From the IMG/VR virus record IMGVR_UViG_3300027985_001623, positions 1 through 64,000 of that record: a DNA stretch of 64,000 nt. One strand, given 5' to 3'. A program made the position numbers and the translations under genes. This DNA is from a virus. Shown piece by piece: positions 53,272-63,140 of this stretch. A model generated the notes under the pieces. The model did no database searches and had not been told where the DNA came from. It saw only the letters and a list, made by a program, of their open reading frames with translations. Every line of letters starts with the position of its first letter. Within the stretch, counting starts at the first letter, position 1.

Positions 53272-55752
53272 TTAGGCGGCTTCGAATGTTACGTTCTCGC
53301 CGATGTTGGTTTGAAGCGCGATGAAGTCCATAGACGCCATCGTTCGCACACTGAGGATAACGACGAATATCCCTTTGGCTTCGAGCGCGAGAGTGTTTCC
53401 CGACGTGTCATCGATTTGGTAGTCGATGATGCGTTGAGCCGGCGGATTGTTCTCGCTTTTGAGCTCCTGCATAAACGCTTCGATTTCGCCAATTGCGGAG
53501 TCTTTGTTACGTTCCACGAGCGGCAACTTGCAAAATTGCACGAGCCTTCGAGCGATTGAATCCTGTATGAAGTCCGCCATTCGCCGACGCGAGATGTTTT
53601 TTTCGCCGGAAATAAGGCTGGTCGTAATGCCCGATTGGACGATTGGACCCACGACACGGTCGATCCGCAGCGCGCACACCCCCCGATTTCTGAGCGTGAT
53701 GTAATCGTCCTTCTCTAAGTTCTGCACTCCAGTTTGGAGCCCCAAAACACTCGCCAGAAGTTCTGGAACGGGGGCCGCAGCCTGGCCGATATTCCGCTCT
53801 GGAGCGATGTTCGACATCAACGATGCAGTCCACGTGCTGAACGCGATATCGAGGACGCCATCAACCGTGGTCAGCCCGTTCGCGAGCTTGATCCGCGTGC
53901 CAACAGCTTCGGGAATGTAAGTTCGGGCCCCGGGCCACGAGTAGACCACCCGCTCGGCTCGATATGCTCCGACGCCAGGCGACGTCGCGCCGACCACCGT
54001 GTCTAGTGAGGTCGTGGTCAACTCAGGGCTCAAAATCGCGATACGGCCGAGCCCATCGCTACTCGCTGAAAGTGCATTTGACCGTAACGCCGATCGAATG
54101 TTGGCACTCGTTCGTGCGGAGACGATTAGGTTGATTTCCGACACGGGTGTGGCATCGGAAATCATTGCGGCCAGGGCTGTCGTGTAGGCGGCATCGATTA
54201 GCGCCGCATTTGGGGCATTTAGCCCCTGAAGCGCGGCCACAAATGCCATGGCCGTGATTGGATGCAGGCGCCCCGCGAGACCGGACAGCGGATCGGCCGT
54301 GTCCCCGGTGAGGGCGGGAGGTTGGCTGATCGGCGCCACGAGCTCCCCTAGCGGGTAAACGCCGTCAACGACGCCGCCAGTAGCGTTTGTCACGGGTCGG
54401 ACAGGGGTGGAGAACCCTCCGGGGTCATTCTGGTCGTAGCCGCCAGCTCCCGTGGCGCCAAGCACAACAACCGGCGCCGAGTCGGCATCGGAGCTGACGT
54501 GCACGCGCCATGGAACGTTCGCCGCAGCCGTCCAGGCGAAGTTGGCTCCATCGAGACGTTCGACAGTTAGGTTCGTCCCCGAAACCGCGTCCGTTGCAAC
54601 TCGGTAAGTTCCGCCGCCAGTTGGCGCAATTGCTCCGAGGTTGTCGTAGCCGATGACAATGACGTCACCCTTCTTGAGGCCCACATCGCCGTCATCTCGT
54701 GTGATGGCTGCCCAATCGATCCCGTCGACAAACCCTTGGTCGTATACGGGGGCTGTAGTGTAGATCGTGGTGAGTCGCGCGCGAATGTAGAAAGCTGGAA
54801 CTGCATTGATTGTGTTCTCGGCCCAATCGCTTGGCGCCGAGAACTCGATCGTTTGCCCTGCACTAACGGCGGCTGTGAACCCAACCGTTCCATCGGTGAC
54901 AGTTAGCGCGGCCCAAGCCGAGCCGTTCCAATATTCCCAAGTGACCACGCCTCCAACGCCTTGCGTTCCGCCTGTGTTGTTCAGCGTGATTTTGGTGAAT
55001 TGCTCTGCCATGCCGAACGCGACAAAGTCGGCGACGGTGCCCAACGCGTCCCAAGGAGTGAAATTAGCTACGGTCTCGTCGTTAAATTCGGTGGTTTGGT
55101 CGACAAACACCGTCCCCCCTGTGTTCGCTTGCCAAACTTGCAGGGCAGCCGACGCGGAGACAAACACTTGCGTTGCCGCCGATGCTCCGCCGAGTAGCTG
55201 CCCCGCGAGACCGGTGGCGAGGGTATCGAACGCAGTGAAGTTGATGCGCTTTGCGATCAGCACACGACCACCGGTGCTGTTCCGGAACTCCCGCCCGGGG
55301 GTGATCGTGGCCCCTTGGACCGGAACGACTGGGAGGGCATCTTCTTGTGAAGAGCACAACGGTAGCTCTCGGAAAAAACGGGCTCCGACATTCGATGTAA
55401 GGTTGACCGGCGCGATAATTAGACGGCTGAATCGCTTGTTTCGAATCGCTGCGAAACCGTTTCCACCTGCGCGTCCGAAGTCCCCGAGAGTCGGGTCAAA
55501 GGAGCCAACCTTGTTGAGCAGGTCTTGGCTGGTAGTGACCGCGACCGGCCGCACAAACGTCGTGACGTTGCCGCTTCCGTCCACGTCCGTGGCGTAAGAC
55601 ATGTCGGGGAATTCACCAACCAACCCGACGACGCCCGTACTGACTCCTTCGATGGAGCCGGTAGGGGCGAGATCGATGATGTTGACGCCCTCGATTTGTG
55701 AAAGAACTTCAGTTCCCGGAAAGTATGAAAATCGTCGGATGAATCCTGGCAT
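53272..55752 (-). CDS. contractile tail sheath protein with inserted domains
   Basis: IEGVSTGVVGLVGEF N-terminus; C-terminal GITT...ISRRRMADFI...MDFIAL. Confidence 0.9.
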   Translation of the reverse strand: MPGFIRRFSYFPGTEVLSQIEGVNIIDLAPTGSIEGVSTGVVGLVGEFPDMSYATDVDGSGNVTTFVRPVAVTTSQDLLNKVGSFDPTLGDFGRAGGNGFAAIRNKRFSRLIIAPVNLTSNVGARFFRELPLCSSQEDALPVVPVQGATITPGREFRNSTGGRVLIAKRINFTAFDTLATGLAGQLLGGASAATQVFVSASAALQVWQANTGGTVFVDQTTEFNDETVANFTPWDALGTVADFVAFGMAEQFTKITLNNTGGTQGVGGVVTWEYWNGSAWAALTVTDGTVGFTAAVSAGQTIEFSAPSDWAENTINAVPAFYIRARLTTIYTTAPVYDQGFVDGIDWAAITRDDGDVGLKKGDVIVIGYDNLGAIAPTGGGTYRVATDAVSGTNLTVERLDGANFAWTAAANVPWRVHVSSDADSAPVVVLGATGAGGYDQNDPGGFSTPVRPVTNATGGVVDGVYPLGELVAPISQPPALTGDTADPLSGLAGRLHPITAMAFVAALQGLNAPNAALIDAAYTTALAAMISDATPVSEINLIVSARTSANIRSALRSNALSASSDGLGRIAILSPELTTTSLDTVVGATSPGVGAYRAERVVYSWPGARTYIPEAVGTRIKLANGLTTVDGVLDIAFSTWTASLMSNIAPERNIGQAAAPVPELLASVLGLQTGVQNLEKDDYITLRNRGVCALRIDRVVGPIVQSGITTSLISGEKNISRRRMADFIQDSIARRLVQFCKLPLVERNKDSAIGEIEAFMQELKSENNPPAQRIIDYQIDDTSGNTLALEAKGIFVVILSVRTMASMDFIALQTNIGENVTFEAA

Positions 55753-55791
55753 GTCGTTTTCTTTCTTTTGAAAGTCGTTGGTTCGCCGGCT

Positions 55792-56454
55792 TTAGAGGTC
55801 ACCTTCTTCGGTCAGGATGACGCGCGTTTGCGGAATCATGGTCGGCTTATTCCCAGCGGGGACGTATTGGGGGACATTAGCAGTCACTGCAATGACGGCC
55901 TTTCGCCAATTTCGGTTAGCGTTAGACACACTGTCATCGTAGAGGACAAGCTTTTTTTCGTATGTCGCGTGCGCGCCAAAGTAGAATGGCAACATCAAAC
56001 GGACGCCGCTCATCCAATTAACCGGTTCGAGCGCATCTTCAAGCGCGGCTACAAGACCCATGCGTTCGGTAATATCTGCCGCCCAAACGATAACCGCGAA
56101 GTCCTGCTGTATTTCACTAGGACTTCGTAAATAGCGTTTTGTGCCGTCGCTGATTTCTGTCAAAATTGGGCTAAAAGTTGATGTGTCGTAAAGTGCATCA
56201 ACGGCGCCAACGATAGCGAGCGCTGGGTATTCGCCAACAGAAGTCGGTTCGGACCAAACTTGATGAACTTTCTTGAAACCTAGCTTTCGGCCGAGCCAGT
56301 CCATTTCAACGGGGGCCAGATATTGCGCGAGTCCGCGTGCCAGAGCAGTTCGACCGTCCGTGTGGCGAGTGTAAGTGAGCTGTTGTTCTTGGGTCGGGTG
56401 GGCCACGAGCTGCGCGAGCAAGGCCACATCGTCAACAGGTTTAGGAGCAACCAT
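55792..56454 (-). CDS. tail terminator/completion protein
   Basis: YPALAI motif; immediately upstream of sheath. Confidence 0.6.
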   Translation of the reverse strand: MVAPKPVDDVALLAQLVAHPTQEQQLTYTRHTDGRTALARGLAQYLAPVEMDWLGRKLGFKKVHQVWSEPTSVGEYPALAIVGAVDALYDTSTFSPILTEISDGTKRYLRSPSEIQQDFAVIVWAADITERMGLVAALEDALEPVNWMSGVRLMLPFYFGAHATYEKKLVLYDDSVSNANRNWRKAVIAVTANVPQYVPAGNKPTMIPQTRVILTEEGDL

Positions 56455-56954
56455 TAGCGGGCTCCTTTCGCGAGAATGCGGTCAATCATCTGTGTGAGGC
56501 CATTTTCGATCCCCCGCGATATCTCAGCGTGGTTTCGCGGATCGGTGAGAACCCTCCGAGCCTCGATGCCATCGCGACCGATTTTGCGGGCAACTGCGAA
56601 TGCTGTCGCTCGACCACCGCCGAGTTTATCGCGCACCCAATCAAGGATGCCGTCAACTGGTGGTGGTCGAGCTCCCGCGCGGCGCCCATCTTCGACGAAG
56701 ACAGCGTGCGGTTCAACATTCCAAATTGTGAGGTACATTTTTTGGGTACCGCCGTACGTGCGAAATCGCCAGCCAGTTTGAAATCGTCGACGCCAACGGA
56801 TATTGGCGGATAACGTGGTCAATAGCCGAACGCTGTTTTGACCAACGGTGTTGAGCACTTGCTGCTGTTCTTTTCGCAGTGAAATGCCAAATTTGCGCTC
56901 GTACTCCCCAATACGGGGATCCTTTCGAACGTCAACGACAAATTTAACGGTCAT
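56454..56954 (-). CDS. neck protein (HK97 gp10-like)
   Basis: N..PHA.FVEDGRR.G..PP...I..WV...AFAVARKI...G. Confidence 0.7.
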   Translation of the reverse strand: MTVKFVVDVRKDPRIGEYERKFGISLRKEQQQVLNTVGQNSVRLLTTLSANIRWRRRFQTGWRFRTYGGTQKMYLTIWNVEPHAVFVEDGRRAGARPPPVDGILDWVRDKLGGGRATAFAVARKIGRDGIEARRVLTDPRNHAEISRGIENGLTQMIDRILAKGAR

Positions 56955-57526
56955 TGAAGCTCTCCGTATCGTGTGCGATCATCAATCGCTTTGTTGAGGA
57001 ATATCGACCATTCGAAATTGAGCTGGTCTGCATTTGGAGCGGATCCAACAGTGAACCGGCGTCGAATGCCAGTTCCATCTTCCTGCATGTAAAAGACCTC
57101 CCAAAAGAAATCGACGTCATCAGGGATAGACTCCCCGTTCGGAACAACACCGCCGCGACCAATCAGCAAGTCCTCGGAATAGCGGAGTGAGATCTCCGAC
57201 ACGCGAACTCGCCCGTCTTCGATAACTCCAGCGCTTTCTGTTTCGCGACGAATGTAGGAGGCGTCAGACACCAAGGGGGTCGGAAGAAGCCGTATCGTGC
57301 ACGCCACTTGTTCAGTGCCTATACCGCGCTCGCCACCAGACCAACGCGTCCAAACGAGAAAAACCTGATCCGGTCGCGCGCCAAGTTTGGTGTAGAGATC
57401 GCGAATTTTATCGGCAGTGCAGACCAACGAGCTGAGCAATGTGCGCCCAAGTCCTGGACCATCGAGGACGGTGAAATCGCTCGGGTCACAAGTGCAGGAC
57501 GTCGTTTTGCAACTTTGGCAAGCCAT
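56951..57526 (-). CDS. head closure/adaptor protein
   Basis: Synteny in neck module. Confidence 0.55.
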   Translation of the reverse strand: MACQSCKTTSCTCDPSDFTVLDGPGLGRTLLSSLVCTADKIRDLYTKLGARPDQVFLVWTRWSGGERGIGTEQVACTIRLLPTPLVSDASYIRRETESAGVIEDGRVRVSEISLRYSEDLLIGRGGVVPNGESIPDDVDFFWEVFYMQEDGTGIRRRFTVGSAPNADQLNFEWSIFLNKAIDDRTRYGELQ

Positions 57527-57529
57527 AGG

Positions 57530-57973
57530 TTACCGCACGGGAACAGAGCTGCCCGGCCCAGACCTTCGAGCTCGCGACGAGAACCAGTATTTCGGAGCAC
57601 CAAGCACGTCGGCAAGCCGGCTCGCCCAACGCATGTACTCACGTTCAAGTGAATCAGTGGCTAGTTGGCCGCGATATCTGAGTGGGTGAAGCGTCATTTT
57701 ACCCAGACTCTCAACCCCAAGTTGGCAAAGTTGCTCGACCATAGCCGCTTCGATTTTGTCGAGTACGCACAAGATTTTGCGCACGCGCGCTACGGAGAGA
57801 TTGTTGACAATGTTGTTCAACGATTGTTCGAGCAAAAATACGGTCTGTAGCGGTTGCGGAATACCCAACTGAATGGACGGCGCAAACTCAGTCAGGAGAT
57901 ACCCCATGTGATAGCGGCAACGCTCCTTATCCGACTCAGTCAAAGAGTCTACTGTGATTGCTGGTCCAGCCAT
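57530..57973 (-). CDS. head-tail connector protein
   Basis: LTESDKERCRYHMGY helical adaptor pattern; synteny. Confidence 0.6.
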   Translation of the reverse strand: MAGPAITVDSLTESDKERCRYHMGYLLTEFAPSIQLGIPQPLQTVFLLEQSLNNIVNNLSVARVRKILCVLDKIEAAMVEQLCQLGVESLGKMTLHPLRYRGQLATDSLEREYMRWASRLADVLGAPKYWFSSRARRSGPGSSVPVR

Positions 57974-57976
57974 TGG

Positions 57977-58354
57977 TTAGCCTCCCTTTTTCTCGCTGAG
58001 GAGGACACCCATCCGTTTGAACTCTTCGACAGCGCCGTCTCCAAATTTCGCGTCGGACACAACAGAGTCGATTTTCAGGGGCAGCAGCTGGCCTTTCCAC
58101 GCAACAGTCACCTTGCGCTTTACGTAGAACACGGGTCCTCGCGAGCGGCTGATCGGCTCCTGCACTTTCACCGCGCCACGCTCTTCTTTCACTTGAGCGC
58201 GATTCAGCACGGGCTCGACGAAATCATCTGGCGTCGCTGCTGCGATAGGCTTTTCTGGAGTGACCGTTTGCGTGTCGAGACCCGATGTGTTCGTCTCCGG
58301 AGCCGTGACGCGAACGTGAGCGATGGTGTCTTTGGAACTTGATGCTTTGGACAT
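57977..58354 (-). CDS. hypothetical head-associated protein
   Basis: MSKASS start after the capsid terminator. Confidence 0.5.
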   Translation of the reverse strand: MSKASSSKDTIAHVRVTAPETNTSGLDTQTVTPEKPIAAATPDDFVEPVLNRAQVKEERGAVKVQEPISRSRGPVFYVKRKVTVAWKGQLLPLKIDSVVSDAKFGDGAVEEFKRMGVLLSEKKGG

Positions 58355-58418
58355 GGTGTGCCTATGAAAGTCTACCGCGATAGCTAAGGAAAGTGCCAGA
58401 AACGAATTTGAAACCAAG

Positions 58419-58450
58419 AAAAAAGCCAGCGATTCGGTGCTGGCTTTTTT
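58419..58450. terminator. bidirectional intrinsic terminator after major capsid gene
   Basis: aaaaaagccagc-N8-gctggctttttt. Confidence 0.8.
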
Positions 58451-58472
58451 GATCACTTTTAGTGAGAAGCGA

Positions 58473-59867
58473 TCAGGCATGTTCGAGACATGCAAATCGC
58501 TTGTATCGCGCCGACGATCCGGTGGCTGCGTCCGTTCGCGCGGGCCAGTCGGCGATGATTTTCCACGTCGTGGAAATGGTGTCTTGCGTTCGGTTGAGCG
58601 GCGCCCGAATGACCATCTGAATCCGTTCCGCGAAAACTTCGATGCCGTTGTTGGTAACCGAAATTGGGGAGACTTTGCCGGTTACGCCAACTTCAGTGAT
58701 GAGTTGTGCGAGATCAGCAAAGTACTCAATGATGCCCCCTTGTGCCGTGAACAACATGCGGTGAACTTCAAGGCCACCCACCGAACCATTGGCGGTGAGT
58801 TCGCCGGGGAACGGATCGCGATCCGTGAACACGTTCGTCGATCCGTTGACTACCGTGTCGATTCTCGGGCATTCAGAGTTTCGGTAGAACGCCGTACCGA
58901 GCAACTGACCGAGCGCAAACTCCTTGTACATGTAGTAATCCGGCAGGCTCGTGAGGAGTCGCTGGAATTCATCGTCCGCGAAAAGCTCGGTCAAGCTCAT
59001 CGGATCCAGGTGCGCATGGAATCGCCCGTCTGAGTGCTCAGGCACGTTTTGCGACCAGAAGTTCTGAACCACACTTCGGACCCCAGCTAGCGTAGCGATG
59101 TCACCGCCTGAAAGGTCACGAACGGAGTTTCCGCCGCCAGCACGGACAATGTGGGATTTATCCACGCTGTAGACAGCATCGCCGTCTGCTGCGGTGGCGG
59201 CCGCGTCCAAGAGCAAAATGCCTGGACCGTAGATGTCACCAGCAACATCTGGCGTGAAGCCAATGACGTTCCGGGTAATCGCCGGGCCTGCTTCAATCGT
59301 GATTGAAAGCGGATTCGAGGCCGAGACGGGACCGAAAGCGACCGCACTGGCTCCGGGCAACGACGGATTCCGTGCTGTAGTGAATCCATTGAGTCGTTTG
59401 ACGCGCATTGACGTGGAAGCTACGGTCGCACCATCCGCGACGGTCCATCCACTCAACGCCGCCGCATACATGCGATTTCGAGTGACGCGGTTGATGGTCT
59501 GGGCCCCTTGAAGCCCGACTTTCTTTCCGTTCTGCATGAAGAGACTGGCAATAGCCAGCATTGAAGACGGCATCGCCGTGTCAATCGTCCCGGAGTACTG
59601 CTGGAGTTGCGCGGTCCACTGTTCGATAGAATACGAGGCTGGAATGGGGTCCGTTCCCGGAACAAGGGGTCTCGCGTCAACAGCCATCAACCCATCGCCG
59701 GAGAAGATTTGGCTATCGCCAGCCACCCCGTTCCAAACTTTGGGCATGGCTTCAGAACGGAACAAGAGGTTTGGAAAAAGAGCGTCCTGAAAGGCTCTTT
59801 CCAAGTAACCTTCTTGCGTGATTGCGCGAACTTCTGGACTTTGGGTGATGACTGAAAAATCGGGCAT
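58473..59867 (-). CDS. major capsid protein
   Basis: 464 aa after scaffold, followed by a terminator; HK97-like layout. Confidence 0.8.
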   Translation of the reverse strand: MPDFSVITQSPEVRAITQEGYLERAFQDALFPNLLFRSEAMPKVWNGVAGDSQIFSGDGLMAVDARPLVPGTDPIPASYSIEQWTAQLQQYSGTIDTAMPSSMLAIASLFMQNGKKVGLQGAQTINRVTRNRMYAAALSGWTVADGATVASTSMRVKRLNGFTTARNPSLPGASAVAFGPVSASNPLSITIEAGPAITRNVIGFTPDVAGDIYGPGILLLDAAATAADGDAVYSVDKSHIVRAGGGNSVRDLSGGDIATLAGVRSVVQNFWSQNVPEHSDGRFHAHLDPMSLTELFADDEFQRLLTSLPDYYMYKEFALGQLLGTAFYRNSECPRIDTVVNGSTNVFTDRDPFPGELTANGSVGGLEVHRMLFTAQGGIIEYFADLAQLITEVGVTGKVSPISVTNNGIEVFAERIQMVIRAPLNRTQDTISTTWKIIADWPARTDAATGSSARYKRFACLEHA

Positions 59868-59888
59868 GGCTTGATCTCTGTGAGTTGG

Positions 59889-60683
59889 TTAGTGAACGCC
59901 GGAGCTTGGGTCGTGCAACCCGAGTTTAGCTAAACCTGCACGGTACTCTTCCACGGTCATGTCCTTCGCCCGTTTTACAGGGGGCGCCTTTTTCGAGGCT
60001 TCATCCGCCGCGGATGCTTTGGCGGCGTCGTCACCCTTAGATTCAGTGCCCGTTGTGGCTGGAATGACTGTGGCTTCGTACAGTGTCGGGTGTGTGGATT
60101 TGAGCGTGGCCCTAAAGAACTTCTTGGCGTCAAATGCCGCTAAGTCCTTCGGGGTTTGGCCAGAAAGGGACTTGCGCACCAAGTGGAGTGCGTAATCAAC
60201 GTCTTGGACTCCATGCCGGACAGCCTCGACACGGAGCTCGGACTCGGCTTGTAGCGCTTCAAGTTGTGCGGTTGCTTGTTTTCGGGCGCGTACTTCGTTC
60301 GCGTGCAATTGCTGTACGCGTTGGTAATCAGCCTGAAGCCGCCGCACGTCAACGGTTGGCGCGGATTCGGCTGCTTCGGGTGCTGCTTTTTTAGAAGTCG
60401 TGGCGGTCTTCTTAACGGGTTTCTTGGGCATTTCAGGTGTCGCTTTTTTCTTGGTCGCTTCGGCTGCCATCTCAGCCCAACTTGAGAAGCCTGCTTTTTG
60501 TGCTTCGAGATTGAGCTCGTCCAGGGCGGCTTTACGCCCCTTTTCGCGTTCCGCTTCTTTGATCGAAGCCATAGATGACGTCGGGATGGTCAAAGTTTTG
60601 GGTTCTCCAACTGGCGGCGCTTCCGGTTCCGCGGGCGGAGTTTCTTGAGGCGAGGCTGGTTCGGGTGGTTTTGTTTCTGGCAT
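59889..60683 (-). CDS. capsid scaffolding protein
   Basis: P/E-rich N-terminus, coiled coil, GVQDVDYAL, HPTLY, KDMTVEEYR C-terminus. Confidence 0.75.
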   Translation of the reverse strand: MPETKPPEPASPQETPPAEPEAPPVGEPKTLTIPTSSMASIKEAEREKGRKAALDELNLEAQKAGFSSWAEMAAEATKKKATPEMPKKPVKKTATTSKKAAPEAAESAPTVDVRRLQADYQRVQQLHANEVRARKQATAQLEALQAESELRVEAVRHGVQDVDYALHLVRKSLSGQTPKDLAAFDAKKFFRATLKSTHPTLYEATVIPATTGTESKGDDAAKASAADEASKKAPPVKRAKDMTVEEYRAGLAKLGLHDPSSGVH

Positions 60684-60829
60684 GGTCTGACCTTTTTTTC
60701 GGGATCCTCGTCTTCATCAACAATTCACCGCTGTTGCACGTCGAGATTAACTGCTCTCGTGGGCATAGCGACGAAGGTGTCAAATACTCGGGACAGAACG
60801 TGGGAGGAAATGTAACCCTAAAATTCGGG

Positions 60830-61282
60830 TTACGGACTTGCGGTTTTGAACGTTGACGTGAGCCCCTGCATTCGGGGGAAGTAGGAGAGTACGAATGCTG
60901 TGACACCAGCTTCGAACGTGATGGTGGTCCCGTCATCGCTGACTGTCGCGACGGTCGCCGACGCAGTCCCGCCAACATCAGTCATTTGCCGAGGGCCAGC
61001 CGCGGCAGCACCGGCCGTTACACGAACCGATGAAATGTGGCCGATTGCGGGCAAGTTTGTGCCGGCTGGCAACGCTGGATCAATCCCCACAATTGTTGCG
61101 GCCGCTTTAACGGCAGCCGTGGTGATGTCAAACGACGTTGCAGACGCGAGACCAACAAGGGTAACCTTAACCGGACTAAGTGCGTAGCCAATTTGACCAG
61201 ACCGCATCGCGTCGGGAAGAGTTGGCGGGAGCGCGTTGTTAAGCGCATACTGGAGCGTTTGGTTGACGTTGATGGTGGTCAT
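60830..61282 (-). CDS. putative head decoration protein
   Basis: A/T/G-rich beta protein in the head module. Confidence 0.5.
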   Translation of the reverse strand: MTTINVNQTLQYALNNALPPTLPDAMRSGQIGYALSPVKVTLVGLASATSFDITTAAVKAAATIVGIDPALPAGTNLPAIGHISSVRVTAGAAAAGPRQMTDVGGTASATVATVSDDGTTITFEAGVTAFVLSYFPRMQGLTSTFKTASP

Positions 61283-61285
61283 GGT

Positions 61286-61438
61286 TCACTTTCCTTTGCC
61301 GGAATTTGCCCTGCCAACAGTAGGCCGCTTACTTGGTGCCGGAGGCTCTGGCGGGCGGAAATTCTTTGGGTCATTTTTTGCTTCCGCGTTGGTTCGTGCG
61401 GTTCGAGGCTGTCCTGCCGGTTTTACGCCTTTGAACAT
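61286..61438 (-). CDS. small basic Pro-rich protein (50 aa, not in ORF track)
   Basis: MFKGVKPAGQPRTARTNAEAKNDPKNFRPPEPPAPSKRPTVGRANSGKGK with GGAAGG RBS. Confidence 0.45.
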   Translation of the reverse strand: MFKGVKPAGQPRTARTNAEAKNDPKNFRPPEPPAPSKRPTVGRANSGKGK

Positions 61439-61609
61439 TGGTAAGGCCCTTCCCAAACTCCGAACATCGTTGGAGCTCCGTTAAAAATCCTAGCGCTTTC
61501 AGTACAGAATCGCTAGCCGTCATTATTCGTTGTTCGAAAATTTCTTTTCGCTCGTGTTTTTACTGATCGTTCTCGTCCTCACCAGCATCGTCTTCGCTCT
61601 CGTCCTCGC

Positions 61610-61740
61610 CTTCTTCTTCTTCTTCTTCTTCTTCTTCTTCTTCTTCTTCGCTCTCGCCTTCTTCTTCTTCTTCGCTCTCGCCTTCTTCTTCTTCTTCTTC
61701 TTCTTCTTCTTCTTCTTCTTCTTCTTCTTCTTCTTCTTCG
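61610..61740. repeat. (TTC)n microsatellite; poly-Glu on minus strand
   Basis: Three TTC runs separated by gctctcgcc. Confidence 0.95.
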
Positions 61741-62214
61741 CTATCGTCCGTCCTCAGGTGGGGACTCCGGAGCCAAAGTGGTGTCAGATTCCGTGGAGCT
61801 ATCCGGTCGAATGATATCCGAGGTCAGCGGAGCTGCACGGAATAGCCACATCCCGAAATCTTCGAGTTCCGTAATCAACCCAATACTTTGAAGGTGTTGC
61901 GCCAACGAGGTGGCCTCGTCGAACGTCAAGTCCTGAACGCCGCTAAGCGCATCGACCAGCTCGGCTGGCGCATCCTCAAGCACGTTTTTGATGAGAACGG
62001 TGTCCAAATGAGACGGCTCAAATTTTTGATCGCCCATTACTTCCGCGGACAAGTCCTCCCACGCGAAATCGAGTTCGGAGCCATGCTTTTCAAGTGCGAC
62101 TCGAAGGTTTTCGAGTCGCGTCTCGGGGACCTCAGAATTCGAAGCCGTTTCGTTTGACGGTTCTCCATAGCGGACAAAAGATTGCAGTGTTTTTGCGTTT
62201 AACATGTTGATCAC
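61741..62214 (-). CDS. acidic hypothetical protein, probably frameshifted from its poly-Glu tail (to 61560)
   Basis: Ends PPEDGR*; +1 frame continues DDSEEEE...EDENDQ*. Confidence 0.6.
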   Translation of the reverse strand: MINMLNAKTLQSFVRYGEPSNETASNSEVPETRLENLRVALEKHGSELDFAWEDLSAEVMGDQKFEPSHLDTVLIKNVLEDAPAELVDALSGVQDLTFDEATSLAQHLQSIGLITELEDFGMWLFRAAPLTSDIIRPDSSTESDTTLAPESPPEDGR

Positions 62215-63140
62215 TTTACTGGGGAACGGAATCCCCGTTCCATTGTGTAGGTTGGGACATTCCAACCTGGCATCCAAGGCAGAATAATAGCGCGATCGTT
62301 AGGACGATTTGGTGGGTGGCTCCAAGAGCCTCCGATGAGCGAAGATTTGACCGGCGCATCGGGAGGCATGACAAACAACCTTCCGGGCCGAGCGACCTGC
62401 CCATGAAGCGCCATCGAATCAAGCCCAACTCGATTATCGAGCGGAAGCCCGGTTGAATCGCTCACAAGTTCCGTCCAACGAGATCGGACTCCTGCGAATT
62501 CCGGTTCGTTGGCTAGGTCTTCGAGAAGTACTGTTTGCGCGTTGTTGAAAAGCGAATTTGCGGTTGTTCGAACCACGCGTTCGACTTTCCACCAGGACTC
62601 GTCAAGACCGATTGCTGCCGCCGAAACGACGTCAGACCCTTTGAGGTCCGTGATGGGAATATCGCTAAATCGCGACAGCACGGAAATTGCCAATTCTTGT
62701 GAGATGGCTCGGGATACTTGGGCTTGCGTAATCGCCCGAGCTGCGCGCTGCGCCTGCATCAAGCGTTGGCGACGTTCCGCGTCCGTAAGGGTTACCGACA
62801 AGCGAGAGACTCGACGAAATAGCCGTTCCAGCAAAAGTGCTGCCTCCACACCCGAGTCGTTCCCAACATCCTCCAGCACGGATTCAGCCTTTTCGCCAAT
62901 TGGCACCACGGCTTCTTCGATGAATCTTCGCACGAGAATTTCGCGGTCCCGCTTCACGAACGCGCGCGTATTCCCTTTGAGAATTTTGTTGAGACCGGTC
63001 ACGATTTGCCCGATCGCCCGCTCTCGTATGCGGTTCGCCGGGGCCAATGCCGTGCGGTCCAGGAATCTTCGCATCAAGAGATGCGCGGCAGTAATGGCGG
63101 CGAGCAAATCATGGTGCTGACGTTTTTGTTCGTCTGTCAC
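62211..63140 (-). CDS. MuF/SPP1 gp7-like head morphogenesis protein
   Basis: ERVVRT...N, RW...DNRV..DS.ALHGQ, PPNRPNDR. Confidence 0.8.
   Translation of the reverse strand: MTDEQKRQHHDLLAAITAAHLLMRRFLDRTALAPANRIRERAIGQIVTGLNKILKGNTRAFVKRDREILVRRFIEEAVVPIGEKAESVLEDVGNDSGVEAALLLERLFRRVSRLSVTLTDAERRQRLMQAQRAARAITQAQVSRAISQELAISVLSRFSDIPITDLKGSDVVSAAAIGLDESWWKVERVVRTTANSLFNNAQTVLLEDLANEPEFAGVRSRWTELVSDSTGLPLDNRVGLDSMALHGQVARPGRLFVMPPDAPVKSSLIGGSWSHPPNRPNDRAIILPWMPGWNVPTYTMERGFRSPVK

Noticed and set aside
61741-61743. Genome-wide TAG recoding
   Set aside because: Conserved genes are intact in the standard code and several end properly at TAG; read-through here would give poly-Arg rather than the patterned Glu tail.
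61530-61814. Plus-strand poly-Phe membrane protein
   Set aside because: Antisense shadow of the poly-Glu repeat.
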